From an uncultured Desulfocapsa sp. (GTDB taxonomy: Bacteria; Desulfobacterota; Desulfobulbia; Desulfobulbales; Desulfocapsaceae), in the NCBI GenBank assembly GCA_947311435.1, contig CAMZKT010000029.1, positions 382-64,381 of the forward strand: DNA of 64,000 bases. Reading direction: 5' to 3'. The position numbers and the translations under genes are program-made. The notes under the pieces were generated by a model. It had not been told where the DNA came from, made no database searches, and saw only the letters and a list, made by a program, of their open reading frames with translations. This document shows, one piece after another, positions 20,016 to 29,228 of this stretch. Every line of letters begins with the position of its first letter. Position 1 is the first letter of the stretch.

Positions 20016-21068
20016 ATGAAAAAAGACGTAAAAATCGCAAACACTCCGTTAAAGATCTATCTGTTTTTTGCGGGAATGTTGCTTGTTACCGCTTTTTTTT
20101 CTTCATTTATTGGTCGAATGGATGTGGGGCCGGCTACAGTGTTGGAGACGTTTGTGAAACTTCCTGCTCTGCTTGTCTCTCTGTTTTATGGAAAGCATGA
20201 GCAGTTGACAAATGATGAGATGGTACTGCTGTTGATACGTTTTCCCCGTATCCTTCTTGCACTGGTGGTTGGCTGTGGTCTTTCTGTTTCAGGAGCTGTT
20301 TATCAGGGATTGTTCAGAAATCCGCTGGTTTCGCCTGATATACTGGGCGTTGCAGCTGGTTGTACTTTCGGTGCGGCTCTTGGACTTTTACTGCCCGGTT
20401 CAGATTTTACGATAGTTCGTCTCTGTTCTTTTGTCGCAGGATTGATAGCCGTGGGGCTTGCGTTGGCAATGGCAAAAGCCATTAACAGCTCCAGGGCCCT
20501 GGTTCTTGTGTTGACAGGAATTGTCAGTGGTTCTCTGTTTCATTCCTTTTTTATGATACTGAAGACCGTTGCCGACCCATACGGTCAGTTACCAGCAATC
20601 GTCTTCTGGGTGATGGGTTCTCTTTCCGGGGCATCGTGGCTTGACACTCTGCAGCTCTGTCCTGTTATCTTCATTGGCTACATTATATTCCATCTTTTCC
20701 GTTTTCGGCTCAACGTTCTCTCTTTGGGAGACCCGCAGGCAAAGGCGCTTGGAGTAAATCCGAATGGACTGCGATTATTTTTGATCGTTGTAAGTTCTTT
20801 TATGATTGCAGTCTGTGTTGCCTCCTGCGGACAGATTGCCTGGGTTGGGCTTGTGATCCCTCACATAGTCCGAACGATCCTTGGTCCAAATCATCGTATG
20901 CTGATTCCATGCTCAGCAATGCTTGGGGCAACTTTTCTGCTGATTGCCGATGGTATTGCCAGAAGTGCGCTGAGTTCTGAGCTGCCTTTGGGGGTCGTGA
21001 CCTCCCTTGTGGGTGCACCAATTTTTGCCTGGTTGCTCTATAAGAACAGGAACAGGGGATGGACGTGA
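20016..21068 (+). CDS. Type II ABC importer permease (FecCD/BtuC/MolB family)
   Basis: IRFPRILLA, QGLFRNPLVSPDILGV, FWVMGSL, AKALGV, WVGLVIPH. Confidence 0.93.
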   Translation: MKKDVKIANTPLKIYLFFAGMLLVTAFFSSFIGRMDVGPATVLETFVKLPALLVSLFYGKHEQLTNDEMVLLLIRFPRILLALVVGCGLSVSGAVYQGLFRNPLVSPDILGVAAGCTFGAALGLLLPGSDFTIVRLCSFVAGLIAVGLALAMAKAINSSRALVLVLTGIVSGSLFHSFFMILKTVADPYGQLPAIVFWVMGSLSGASWLDTLQLCPVIFIGYIIFHLFRFRLNVLSLGDPQAKALGVNPNGLRLFLIVVSSFMIAVCVASCGQIAWVGLVIPHIVRTILGPNHRMLIPCSAMLGATFLLIADGIARSALSSELPLGVVTSLVGAPIFAWLLYKNRNRGWT

Positions 21069-22387
21069 TGACCGGTAATTCTGAAGAATTACTGCTTTCC
21101 TGCGTGAATCTGAATTTTTCTCATCGGGAAAAGCATATTCTGGACAATGTTTCTCTGGAGTTTCGTAAGGGGGAGTTTGTTGCTCTTCTTGGGAAAAATG
21201 GTGCTGGGAAGTCCACGTTGCTCTCCTGTCTTCTTGGTATTCTTCCCTCACAATCTGACCACCTTGAGTTGTCCGGAATTGTTCCCACAAAGAGTATGCG
21301 TACAGAAATTGCCCGCAAGGTAAGTTTTGTGCCTCAGGAACATGACGATATGTTTCCATTTGCAGCACTTGATGTTGTTGTTATGGGGAGAACAGCTTTT
21401 CTGGGTGTCTTTGGGGCGCCAACTGCAGAAGACTATCAGCTTGCGCGGGATGTTCTGCAGGAATTATATGTGTCACACCTGGAATCACGGGTCTACAACA
21501 CTCTGTCAGGTGGAGAAAAACAACTGATTCTACTGGCTCGAGCGTTGGTTCAGACTCGAACAATGATTCTGCTTGATGAGCCGACAAATCATCTGGATTA
21601 CAAAAACAGATATCACATTCTGGCCATATTGAAAAAGCAGTGTATTCAATATGGTTCCTGTGTCGTTGCCTGTCTGCATGAGCCAAACCATGCGGCTCTT
21701 TTTGCCGATCGGGTCATACTTCTTAACGAAGGCCGAATCGTTGCAGATGGGGAAACCGCGGCGGTGATGACCAACGAACGCCTCAGTCGGCTTTATGGAA
21801 TTGCGATTGGTCGTAATAAACAACTGGTTGAGCCCTGTTTTAGTCAGCCATCCTTTGCTGGTAAGGTTTTACTGCTTGTTGGAGCCAGTGGTGAAGGAAA
21901 AACGACCACCTTGCAAAGGATTATTGAGAATAACAGGGAGAAGAGTTTTAGCGGTCTTCTCTGTCCGGGTACCTGGAAGAATGGAAGACGCTACAGCTCC
22001 ACTGCCCGATGCATCCGTACAGGAAAGTCAACTCTTTTTGCCGTGAGACAAAATACGAATGGGGATGGCCCCTTTATCTTCTCTTCTGAAGGACAGGAGC
22101 TTGCAGAGAAAGCTCTCGCCGCGGATAAGCAGCATTCTTCAGAATGTATCATCGTTGATGAAGTTGGGCCACTTGAATTACGCAATGCTGGTTATGCGCC
22201 GCATCTGGCACCTCTTCTGTCCCTGCAGAAACCCTTACATATCTGGGCAGTGCGACCAGATATTGTTGAGCATGTCTGTGCGAAGTGGATGCTGGTTGAT
22301 CCGGTTATTGTCCCAGTGACAGCCGATGATGCCTGTAGCCGAATTCAGCGTTTCCTGGACTCTCAGGCGGAGGTAAACAATACATAA
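21059..22387 (+). CDS. ABC ATPase (FecE-like) fused to a C-terminal P-loop NTPase domain
   Basis: GKNGAGKS, LSGGEKQ, DEPTNHLD, then a second Walker A GASGEGKT and Walker B IIVDEVGPLE. Confidence 0.9.
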   Translation: MDVMTGNSEELLLSCVNLNFSHREKHILDNVSLEFRKGEFVALLGKNGAGKSTLLSCLLGILPSQSDHLELSGIVPTKSMRTEIARKVSFVPQEHDDMFPFAALDVVVMGRTAFLGVFGAPTAEDYQLARDVLQELYVSHLESRVYNTLSGGEKQLILLARALVQTRTMILLDEPTNHLDYKNRYHILAILKKQCIQYGSCVVACLHEPNHAALFADRVILLNEGRIVADGETAAVMTNERLSRLYGIAIGRNKQLVEPCFSQPSFAGKVLLLVGASGEGKTTTLQRIIENNREKSFSGLLCPGTWKNGRRYSSTARCIRTGKSTLFAVRQNTNGDGPFIFSSEGQELAEKALAADKQHSSECIIVDEVGPLELRNAGYAPHLAPLLSLQKPLHIWAVRPDIVEHVCAKWMLVDPVIVPVTADDACSRIQRFLDSQAEVNNT

Positions 22388-23118
22388 TGACGACTATGCT
22401 GACATTCTACTACATCCTGGCCTTTATGAATGTTTTTATGGCCGGTATGCTTGTGTTAAACAATACCTTCGCGACGAAGAAAGCAGTCTGGTATCTGCTT
22501 ACAGTGCTCTGGATATTGCAGGTATTCTGCTATTTTTCCCATGTGGGATATTATCCCCTTTCTGGTATTGCGCCCACCTGTACAATAGCTGCGCTTACTC
22601 TTTGCCTCTGTCAGTCTCTTTCCCTTACACGGGATGTTGGTTCAAAACGTCCGTTTTTCAGTGGGATGGGACTACTTGTTCTTGCTGTGGTGAGCCTTGT
22701 GCCTGAAAATGTGCCGCATAATTCCTTCATGATGAGCTATCTTTTTGCCATTCTGTTTTTTCTCAGTCGCCCTTTCAGTCTGGGGCTTACACTCTATGCG
22801 CTTGCAGGGATGGGGCATCTGTTCCGGGAAGGGGCGGATAACAGAATTTACAGAACCAGTAAAGATGCAGCGTTTCTTGCGTCCATTATTTTTCTTGGAG
22901 GAGAGATTGTCGGTTGCTACTGGGGTTTTATGGGATGGGGGACAACATGGCGATGGAGCGGTAACTTTCAATTCTCCGCTATGCTTTTTGTGCTGTATAT
23001 GGTGTCCCTTCATGTTCCCGCGACTCTTTTCCGCAGCAGGAAGGGATATAATATTGCGTTTTCAGCGCCCCTTGTGTGTGTTGTGTTCTGTATGCTTATC
23101 AGTAAGGTGATATCATGA
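22387..23118 (+). CDS. Divergent CcsA/ResC-like heme-handling membrane protein
   Basis: Multi-TM protein with Trp-rich CYWGFMGWGTTWRWS (WWD-like) followed by YMVSLH; GYYP at the GHxP position. Confidence 0.7.
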   Translation: MTTMLTFYYILAFMNVFMAGMLVLNNTFATKKAVWYLLTVLWILQVFCYFSHVGYYPLSGIAPTCTIAALTLCLCQSLSLTRDVGSKRPFFSGMGLLVLAVVSLVPENVPHNSFMMSYLFAILFFLSRPFSLGLTLYALAGMGHLFREGADNRIYRTSKDAAFLASIIFLGGEIVGCYWGFMGWGTTWRWSGNFQFSAMLFVLYMVSLHVPATLFRSRKGYNIAFSAPLVCVVFCMLISKVIS

Positions 23119-23945
23119 GGAGTAAGATTCAATCATTCTTTTTTTCACTGCAAACGGCCTATTTCTTTTTTATTCTCCTTGCGGCAATCTTTGGTGCGGG
23201 AAGTTATCTGGCCGGATTTGAGGAAACAGGTCGGCTGTTTGATCAGATAACTTCGGAATGTATCTGGAAATACATTGATGATATTGTTGCCAATCACCTG
23301 TTGCTTACCTGGTTTCTTCTGCTTGTTGTGTGTGCAGCTGTTGTGTTCATCAATACCCTGTGTTGTACAAGCCAGGTATTGAAGCAATGTTTTATTAACA
23401 AGATTGGAAAAACAAAACAATTCCGCCTGCGGCTTATGACATTTATTCATATCATCGCCCTTGCGGTGATCGTCTGTCACGCTCTTGAGATAATGCTTGT
23501 AACACGGCATAGCCCCGTTAAAATTCTTGTTTCCGGAATGGCTACACTGGCTCCCTATCAAGTGAAGGTTAAAAATATTTCCTATATTACAGATCGTAGC
23601 TTTATCCAGGAGGATGTGGATGGAAAACGACTTCCAGGCTTTAAAATCCCCCTGGAAAAATTTTCCGTAGATGGAAACAAGGCAGAGTTGACCGTGTATA
23701 GGGATGGAGTGCTTGTAAAAGAAGGGGAAATTCGTCTCTTTGAGCCGTTACGGGTGGGGAATTCCTTTTTTATAATGGATGGTTTCTTTATTCCCCATCA
23801 TAAAGGCGACTCCATCGGTATATTGATTCATCACACCTACAACCCACTGGTTGTCCCATTTTTCGTCATATATGCGGTATTGTTTACCACCCTGTTGGTT
23901 CAGTATATCAGGAATCGTTGTCAAATTTCGGTGCAAAACAAATAA
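23115..23945 (+). CDS. ResB/CcsB-like membrane protein
   Basis: FFSLQTA...GS, WFLLL...INTLCCT, TFIHII, periplasmic beta domain with EPL, C-terminal YNP + TM; overlaps the ccsA-like gene. Confidence 0.62.
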   Translation: MRSKIQSFFFSLQTAYFFFILLAAIFGAGSYLAGFEETGRLFDQITSECIWKYIDDIVANHLLLTWFLLLVVCAAVVFINTLCCTSQVLKQCFINKIGKTKQFRLRLMTFIHIIALAVIVCHALEIMLVTRHSPVKILVSGMATLAPYQVKVKNISYITDRSFIQEDVDGKRLPGFKIPLEKFSVDGNKAELTVYRDGVLVKEGEIRLFEPLRVGNSFFIMDGFFIPHHKGDSIGILIHHTYNPLVVPFFVIYAVLFTTLLVQYIRNRCQISVQNK

Positions 23946-23967
23946 TTTTATCGGGAATAAACGAAGC

Positions 23968-24765
23968 ATGAGAAGAAAACTGTCATCATTGTTTTTAGGA
24001 TCCCTTGTGCTGGTGGCGCTCGGGAACACTGGAGTATGGGCAGAGGAGCCTGAACAACTATTACAGAGGGTGGAGAGCTCTGTGAAAAAAGCATCCCTTG
24101 TCGGAAAACGTACCGTAGCATGGCAGGGTGAGCGCCAACAGCTCATTGAGGACATTCAAAATCTTGAGTTAAAACTGGCATGGGCTGAATTTCAGTTGGA
24201 AAAAGCGGAGAAGTGGCTTGTGACGGAGAACGATAACATAGCAATACTACAGAAAAATTTATCAAGAGCTGCTGCAACAAGAGAGAATATTGCCCCTTTG
24301 CTTGAGGTATTATACGAAGAGCTTGAAAAACATGTTGAATCTGATCTGCCCTTTCAGCAGGAAGAACGGATGCGGCGGCTTGCTCATGTTCGTTCAACCC
24401 TGGATGATCCCGGTTCCCAGCTTTCGGACAAACTGGGACGTCTTCTGGATGCGATGCAGGTGGAGCTCGATTATGGCTATTCAGTGGAAGCAACAGAGGA
24501 GTTAGTGGAAGACACCAATGGAACACGCATGCAGGCGACTGTTTTCAGGTTGGGGCGTCTTGCACTTTTTCGGCTTTTGGGCGATGGCTCGCGCCTTGAA
24601 CGATATAATAGTGCCACAGAAGAGTGGCAGGAACTTCCTGCACGTTCTGTTTTTGAGGTGAAAAAGGCTGTGGAGATTGCAAGAAAGAAACGAGTCAGTT
24701 CATTGCTTTTTCTTCCCGTAGGCCCTCTTGGTGAATTGTCCCATGCAAGCGCAGAGGACAAATAA
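23968..24765 (+). CDS. DUF3450-like periplasmic coiled-coil protein of TonB operons
   Basis: DLPFQQEERMRRL, LLDAMQVELDYG, FRLGRLAL. Confidence 0.85.
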   Translation: MRRKLSSLFLGSLVLVALGNTGVWAEEPEQLLQRVESSVKKASLVGKRTVAWQGERQQLIEDIQNLELKLAWAEFQLEKAEKWLVTENDNIAILQKNLSRAAATRENIAPLLEVLYEELEKHVESDLPFQQEERMRRLAHVRSTLDDPGSQLSDKLGRLLDAMQVELDYGYSVEATEELVEDTNGTRMQATVFRLGRLALFRLLGDGSRLERYNSATEEWQELPARSVFEVKKAVEIARKKRVSSLLFLPVGPLGELSHASAEDK

Positions 24766-26162
24766 TGTCTCGTCTGTTTAACGCATCGTTTTCATTCAGT
24801 GTGTTGGTGGTGGGTGTGCTGCTGTTTTTGTATGTTACACCTCTTCGGGCACAATCAGAAGAGTGGGGTATAAAGGCGCAACGCGTTCTTCAGCTTACGG
24901 AAGAAATTAATCAGAGAACCGCCTCGTCGTCTCGTTATGAAAAAAAAGATAGAGAGGCTCTTGTGGCGCAGCTTGAGCGTTTACAAAAACGGTTGGAAAG
25001 CACCGAAAAATTACTGAAGCAGACCCGAAAGGATGTAACTGAAACGTCAAAGACCAGAGCAGAGATGACAGATCAATATCAGCAGCAAATGGCTGATATG
25101 AAGACGGTGGAGGGAATTTTTCGGACTGCACTGCAACAAACTATCACCCGTTTCAATACCAGTCCTGTTTCCGTTCTGCATCCTGAAAAGTTGTCTCTCC
25201 TTAACACAATGGCAGCCGGAGAGCTGTTGCTGGAGATTAAGGACATGCAGCAATATGCTGGCATGGTCTTTGACGATATGGAGAAAACGGCAACAATGGA
25301 AACAGCGGAGGCGCCAGTTATTGTCCTTGATGGGCACAGTGAAAAACGGTTGCTTCATCGGGCTGGTGGCTTTTTCCTGGGATATATGGATGGCAATAAA
25401 GCTGTTTTTGCCTTGCCCCAGGGAAACTTGCCGGCCAGCTCCATTCTTGCCCACGGAGGAGCTGGAAAATATATGATCTCATGGTTTCGTGGAGAGTCTG
25501 AAATAGTACCAGTTGATATTACTGGAGGCACAGCCTTTAAAGCCATCGAGCAAAAGCAGGAGCTTAGGGAGTGGATTGAAGCTGGAGGGGTATTACTGTA
25601 CCCTATTTTACTGGCGGGGCTGGTGGGAGTCGTGATCACGTTGCTGAAAACGATTCATCTGCTCGGGCAAAGAAAGCTTAAGACAAAACATCGGGAAAGA
25701 GTTTTTAGACTGATTGAGAAGAATGGAGATGCTGAGACCTTTCTTGGAAAAATACGATTCTGTCCTACCGCGCAAGTGCTTCTTGCCTGTGTATCGTTTA
25801 AGGATAAAGGGCTTGATGCCATTGATAGTGGTGTGGAAGAAAGTATAACCAGTGAGCAGTTAAAACTTGAGCGTTTTCTGTCCGCAATAGGAGTGTTGGC
25901 CTCCATATGTCCATTACTTGGTCTTTTGGGCACAGTAACCGGAATGATAGGAACTTTTCAGGCAATCACCATATATGGTACCGGTGATCCTCGTATGATG
26001 TCCACCGGTATCAGTGAGGCACTTGTGACAACCCAGGCAGGCCTGGCAGTTGCTATTCGGCTGCTCCTTGCACATCATTTTTTAAAGAGGCGGGTAGCAG
26101 TGCTGGTGGCCGATATGGAAAGGGCTGGCAGCGGCATTACTGCACTGCTTTCATCGCGATAA
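24765..26162 (+). CDS. MotA/TolQ/ExbB protein with large N-terminal periplasmic extension
   Basis: VPVDITGG, AGGVLLYPI, PLLGLLGTVTGMIGTF, GISEALVTT. Confidence 0.9.
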   Translation: MSRLFNASFSFSVLVVGVLLFLYVTPLRAQSEEWGIKAQRVLQLTEEINQRTASSSRYEKKDREALVAQLERLQKRLESTEKLLKQTRKDVTETSKTRAEMTDQYQQQMADMKTVEGIFRTALQQTITRFNTSPVSVLHPEKLSLLNTMAAGELLLEIKDMQQYAGMVFDDMEKTATMETAEAPVIVLDGHSEKRLLHRAGGFFLGYMDGNKAVFALPQGNLPASSILAHGGAGKYMISWFRGESEIVPVDITGGTAFKAIEQKQELREWIEAGGVLLYPILLAGLVGVVITLLKTIHLLGQRKLKTKHRERVFRLIEKNGDAETFLGKIRFCPTAQVLLACVSFKDKGLDAIDSGVEESITSEQLKLERFLSAIGVLASICPLLGLLGTVTGMIGTFQAITIYGTGDPRMMSTGISEALVTTQAGLAVAIRLLLAHHFLKRRVAVLVADMERAGSGITALLSSR

Positions 26163-26183
26163 CACAAGATCGGCAATGTTACT

Positions 26184-26717
26184 ATGGATGAACTGTACTT
26201 CCATTTTCTGAATTATTTGCAAACAGGCGGTATCATAATGTATCCGCTGGTGTTGTGTTGTTTGTGGATGTGGGTGCTTATTTTTTTTCATCTTCCGTTG
26301 TGGCGCTGCTCACAGGATGGTATTCGACGACTGCTCCAGGAGCAGTTCCTGCGAGAGAAGCGGAACAATGCTCGACATAACAGACAACTTTACAGTTATC
26401 TGCTCAGCAGGGCATATCAGGAATCTGTTCAAGGTTTGTCTTCCATAAAACTGCTGGCCTCCATTGCCCCCTTCCTTGGACTTTTTGGTACGGTAACCGG
26501 TATGATCAACACTTTTCAGTCAGTTGCTTCTTTTGGTCTTGGGAATCCCAGGGCTCTTGCTGCGGGGATATCGGAAGCGATGATAACGACACAGTTTGGT
26601 TTGCTTATTGCCCTTCCCGGTATTCTGGCTGCTTTCTTCCTGCAACGTCGAGCGTGTCGTGATCAGAAAAAATTACAACAAATGACCGCAGAGTTGGTTA
26701 GGAGAAGTGGAGAATGA
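26184..26717 (+). CDS. exbB: ExbB/TolQ proton channel protein
   Basis: APFLGLFGTVTGMINTF, GISEAMITTQFGL. Confidence 0.9.
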   Translation: MDELYFHFLNYLQTGGIIMYPLVLCCLWMWVLIFFHLPLWRCSQDGIRRLLQEQFLREKRNNARHNRQLYSYLLSRAYQESVQGLSSIKLLASIAPFLGLFGTVTGMINTFQSVASFGLGNPRALAAGISEAMITTQFGLLIALPGILAAFFLQRRACRDQKKLQQMTAELVRRSGE

Positions 26718-27115
26718 AACGCCGTAGATATGCAGAGGAAACACCCGAAATAGATATGACACCCCTTGTTGATATGGTGTTTATTTTGCTCATTTTCTTT
26801 ATTGTTACCACAAGCTTTGTCCGGGAGTCAGGGGTGGAAGTCGAGCGACCGCAGGCAGCATCGGCGACTGCCAGGGAAAAGGTTTCAATGCTTATCGGGG
26901 TAACAAGCAGTGGCCGGGTTTTTATCGAAGGCCATGAGGTGGATATCCAGAACATTAAAGGTCGTATGGAGAGTTTTCTCGCAGAGGTGCCCAATGGCTC
27001 TGTTGTTATCACCGCGGACAAGTCATGCCCAACCGGAATCACGCTTAAGGTTTTGGATGTATGTCGACTGGCAGGTGTGAATAATATCAGCGTAGCTGCA
27101 AAAGTTGGAGAGTGA
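26714..27115 (+). CDS. exbD: ExbD/TolR biopolymer transporter
   Basis: IDMTPLVDMVFILLIFFIVTTSF. Confidence 0.95.
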   Translation: MKRRRYAEETPEIDMTPLVDMVFILLIFFIVTTSFVRESGVEVERPQAASATAREKVSMLIGVTSSGRVFIEGHEVDIQNIKGRMESFLAEVPNGSVVITADKSCPTGITLKVLDVCRLAGVNNISVAAKVGE

Positions 27116-27116
27116 T

Positions 27117-27782
27117 ATGGGAAGAGTCCATATTTTGCGCATTGTGGTGTCTCTTTTTTCCGCAATCGTAATGACTCTTGCTCTCTGTCTTGTTGCCCCG
27201 CTTATCAGTCGGGAAAAACCTGTTGTGTTCAGTGAGGCAGTAAGCCCGGTTCGAGTTGTTCCTCTTCCACCCTTGAAGCCACAAAAAAATGTGCAGAAGA
27301 TTCAAGAGCGTGAAATCATGCCTCTGCCCAGGGTTCCTCCTTCACCGAAAAGAAATGAGCAACTTCTGGAAAAGATGGATTTGTCCATGATGCCTCTGCA
27401 GCTTGAACTGCCTCCTATGCAGGCAGCATCAATACCCGCTGCCCCCTCACAGGACTTCAATAAAAAAGAAAGTGGGATGGCTGGTACCGGGGTGTATGAG
27501 CTTGGTATGGTGGATTCTTCTCCCAAGCTAAGACGGTATATCCCTCCGCTCTATCCCCCCAGAGCAAGGGGAAAAAGAATAGAAGGCAAGGTACTTGTCC
27601 GCTGTGTTGTTACTGCGGATGGTCGAGTAAAAGATGGTGTTGTTGTGTCGGCAACACCCCCTGGATACTTTGAAGAAGCAGCTCTTGCTGCAATCGCGAG
27701 GTGGACATTTATTCCCGCTAGGTATCTAGGCGAAAAGGTTCCTGTTTATGTGGATATACCCCTTTCTTTTACGTTGAAATGA
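27117..27782 (+). CDS. tonB: TonB energy transducer
   Basis: N-terminal TM, Pro-rich linker, YPPRA...EGKV...FEEAA...WTFIPA C-terminal domain. Confidence 0.92.
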   Translation: MGRVHILRIVVSLFSAIVMTLALCLVAPLISREKPVVFSEAVSPVRVVPLPPLKPQKNVQKIQEREIMPLPRVPPSPKRNEQLLEKMDLSMMPLQLELPPMQAASIPAAPSQDFNKKESGMAGTGVYELGMVDSSPKLRRYIPPLYPPRARGKRIEGKVLVRCVVTADGRVKDGVVVSATPPGYFEEAALAAIARWTFIPARYLGEKVPVYVDIPLSFTLK

Positions 27783-29065
27783 AGATGCGAACAGGTGTTT
27801 TATTCTCTTTGGTGCTGCTTTTTCTTTTGTCATCCGGGTCTGTGGCAGTGGCAGAATCTGTAAGCCGACATACCTATTCCATATTGCAGAAAGCGTACAC
27901 GCTTATGCAGGAGGAAAAATATACAGAGAGTCTTGCAGCGTTACAGCCCCTTTTAGGTGGAAAAAATAAAAATACTAAAAAGAATCCATCTTCCTATGCT
28001 CTTTCCTATGCTGCACTGTGTTATGGGTATCTGGATAAAGGAGAAGAGGCTCTCAAAATTCTGCAAAGAGCGGTTGCACTTTACCCGGAAAAGCAGATTT
28101 TTTGGTACAATCTTGGTATTTTTCAAATGCAGGCCGGAGATTATCAGGGTGCTGTGGAAACCTATCGGAAGCTTATTGTGTACAGTGCAGAGCAAGATGT
28201 GCAGGATGTGGTGCATTATAACCTGGCGTTTGCCCTCTACAATCTGGCTCAATATGGTGAAGCGATTGAGGTGTTGGATACAATACCCGCAAAAGTACAC
28301 TCCTCCAGGCAGTGGCTTGAGTTAAAGCTTTATTGCCATATCGGGCTTGAACATTGGCAGGCAGCAGAGCAGGTAGGGCTTGAGATATTGGCCTTTGCAC
28401 CAGATGCTGCAAATATCTGGACCTTACTTGGGCAGATTTGTGCCAATCAACAGAAGGTGAGTAGGGCTACGGCCTATCTTGAAATATCCTCAATTCTTGC
28501 TCCTGATAAATCCCGGGAGGATTTTCTGGGCAGGCTTTATGGGGTGCAGTCTGCCTGGAACGAGCTTGTTCGACATCAGAGAACTGCGGGTAAATCAGGT
28601 TATACACTGGCACGATGGCTTGCACATTCCTGTCAGTATCAGCAGGCCCTGGATGAGCTGGGGGGCAATGTTCCGGGACAGGATATGGAGTCTGCCCTGT
28701 TTCGAGGACAAATGTTGTTTGTACTTGGCATGAAAAAACAGGCCATTGCGGAACTTTCGAGGGTGGAGGGGCTTCCTCTTCTGTTTAAGGAACATTCGGG
28801 AATGAGTGGTGAGGACAAAAAAGCAAAGCGTCAATATCGTGATCGTTTATCGGCACGTGCGCTTCTGCTTAGTGGGCAGATTCTCTGGCTTGAACAGAGA
28901 TGGGAAGAGGCGAGGGATATTTTTAAAAAACTCGAACTCCTGCCAGGACAGGAGGAATTCGGGAAAAGTCTTGCCCGTTGTATGCAAAGCCTGTTGTTGG
29001 AAAAGCAGCGTGTGGTACAATTACCCGGGATCCTCGATCCGCCTTTGATTTTAAATGGTTTGTGA
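27779..29065 (+). CDS. Periplasmic TPR protein of TonB operon
   Basis: Signal peptide and multiple TPRs (WYNLGIFQMQAGDYQGA; YNLAFALYNL). Confidence 0.8.
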   Translation: MKMRTGVLFSLVLLFLLSSGSVAVAESVSRHTYSILQKAYTLMQEEKYTESLAALQPLLGGKNKNTKKNPSSYALSYAALCYGYLDKGEEALKILQRAVALYPEKQIFWYNLGIFQMQAGDYQGAVETYRKLIVYSAEQDVQDVVHYNLAFALYNLAQYGEAIEVLDTIPAKVHSSRQWLELKLYCHIGLEHWQAAEQVGLEILAFAPDAANIWTLLGQICANQQKVSRATAYLEISSILAPDKSREDFLGRLYGVQSAWNELVRHQRTAGKSGYTLARWLAHSCQYQQALDELGGNVPGQDMESALFRGQMLFVLGMKKQAIAELSRVEGLPLLFKEHSGMSGEDKKAKRQYRDRLSARALLLSGQILWLEQRWEEARDIFKKLELLPGQEEFGKSLARCMQSLLLEKQRVVQLPGILDPPLILNGL

Positions 29066-29228
29066 TTTTGTACTGATTGACATAATGACATAAAAAGTTG
29101 TAGCAGCGAAAAATTAAGGGGAAGCATTGTGAAATTTATTGAAAAGGTGGCAAAAGAAGCAAGCAGAGTTGGAGGAGCTGAAAGGGTAAAGTCAGTGCAT
29201 ATGTGCCTGGAGAATGGGGGACAGACCC

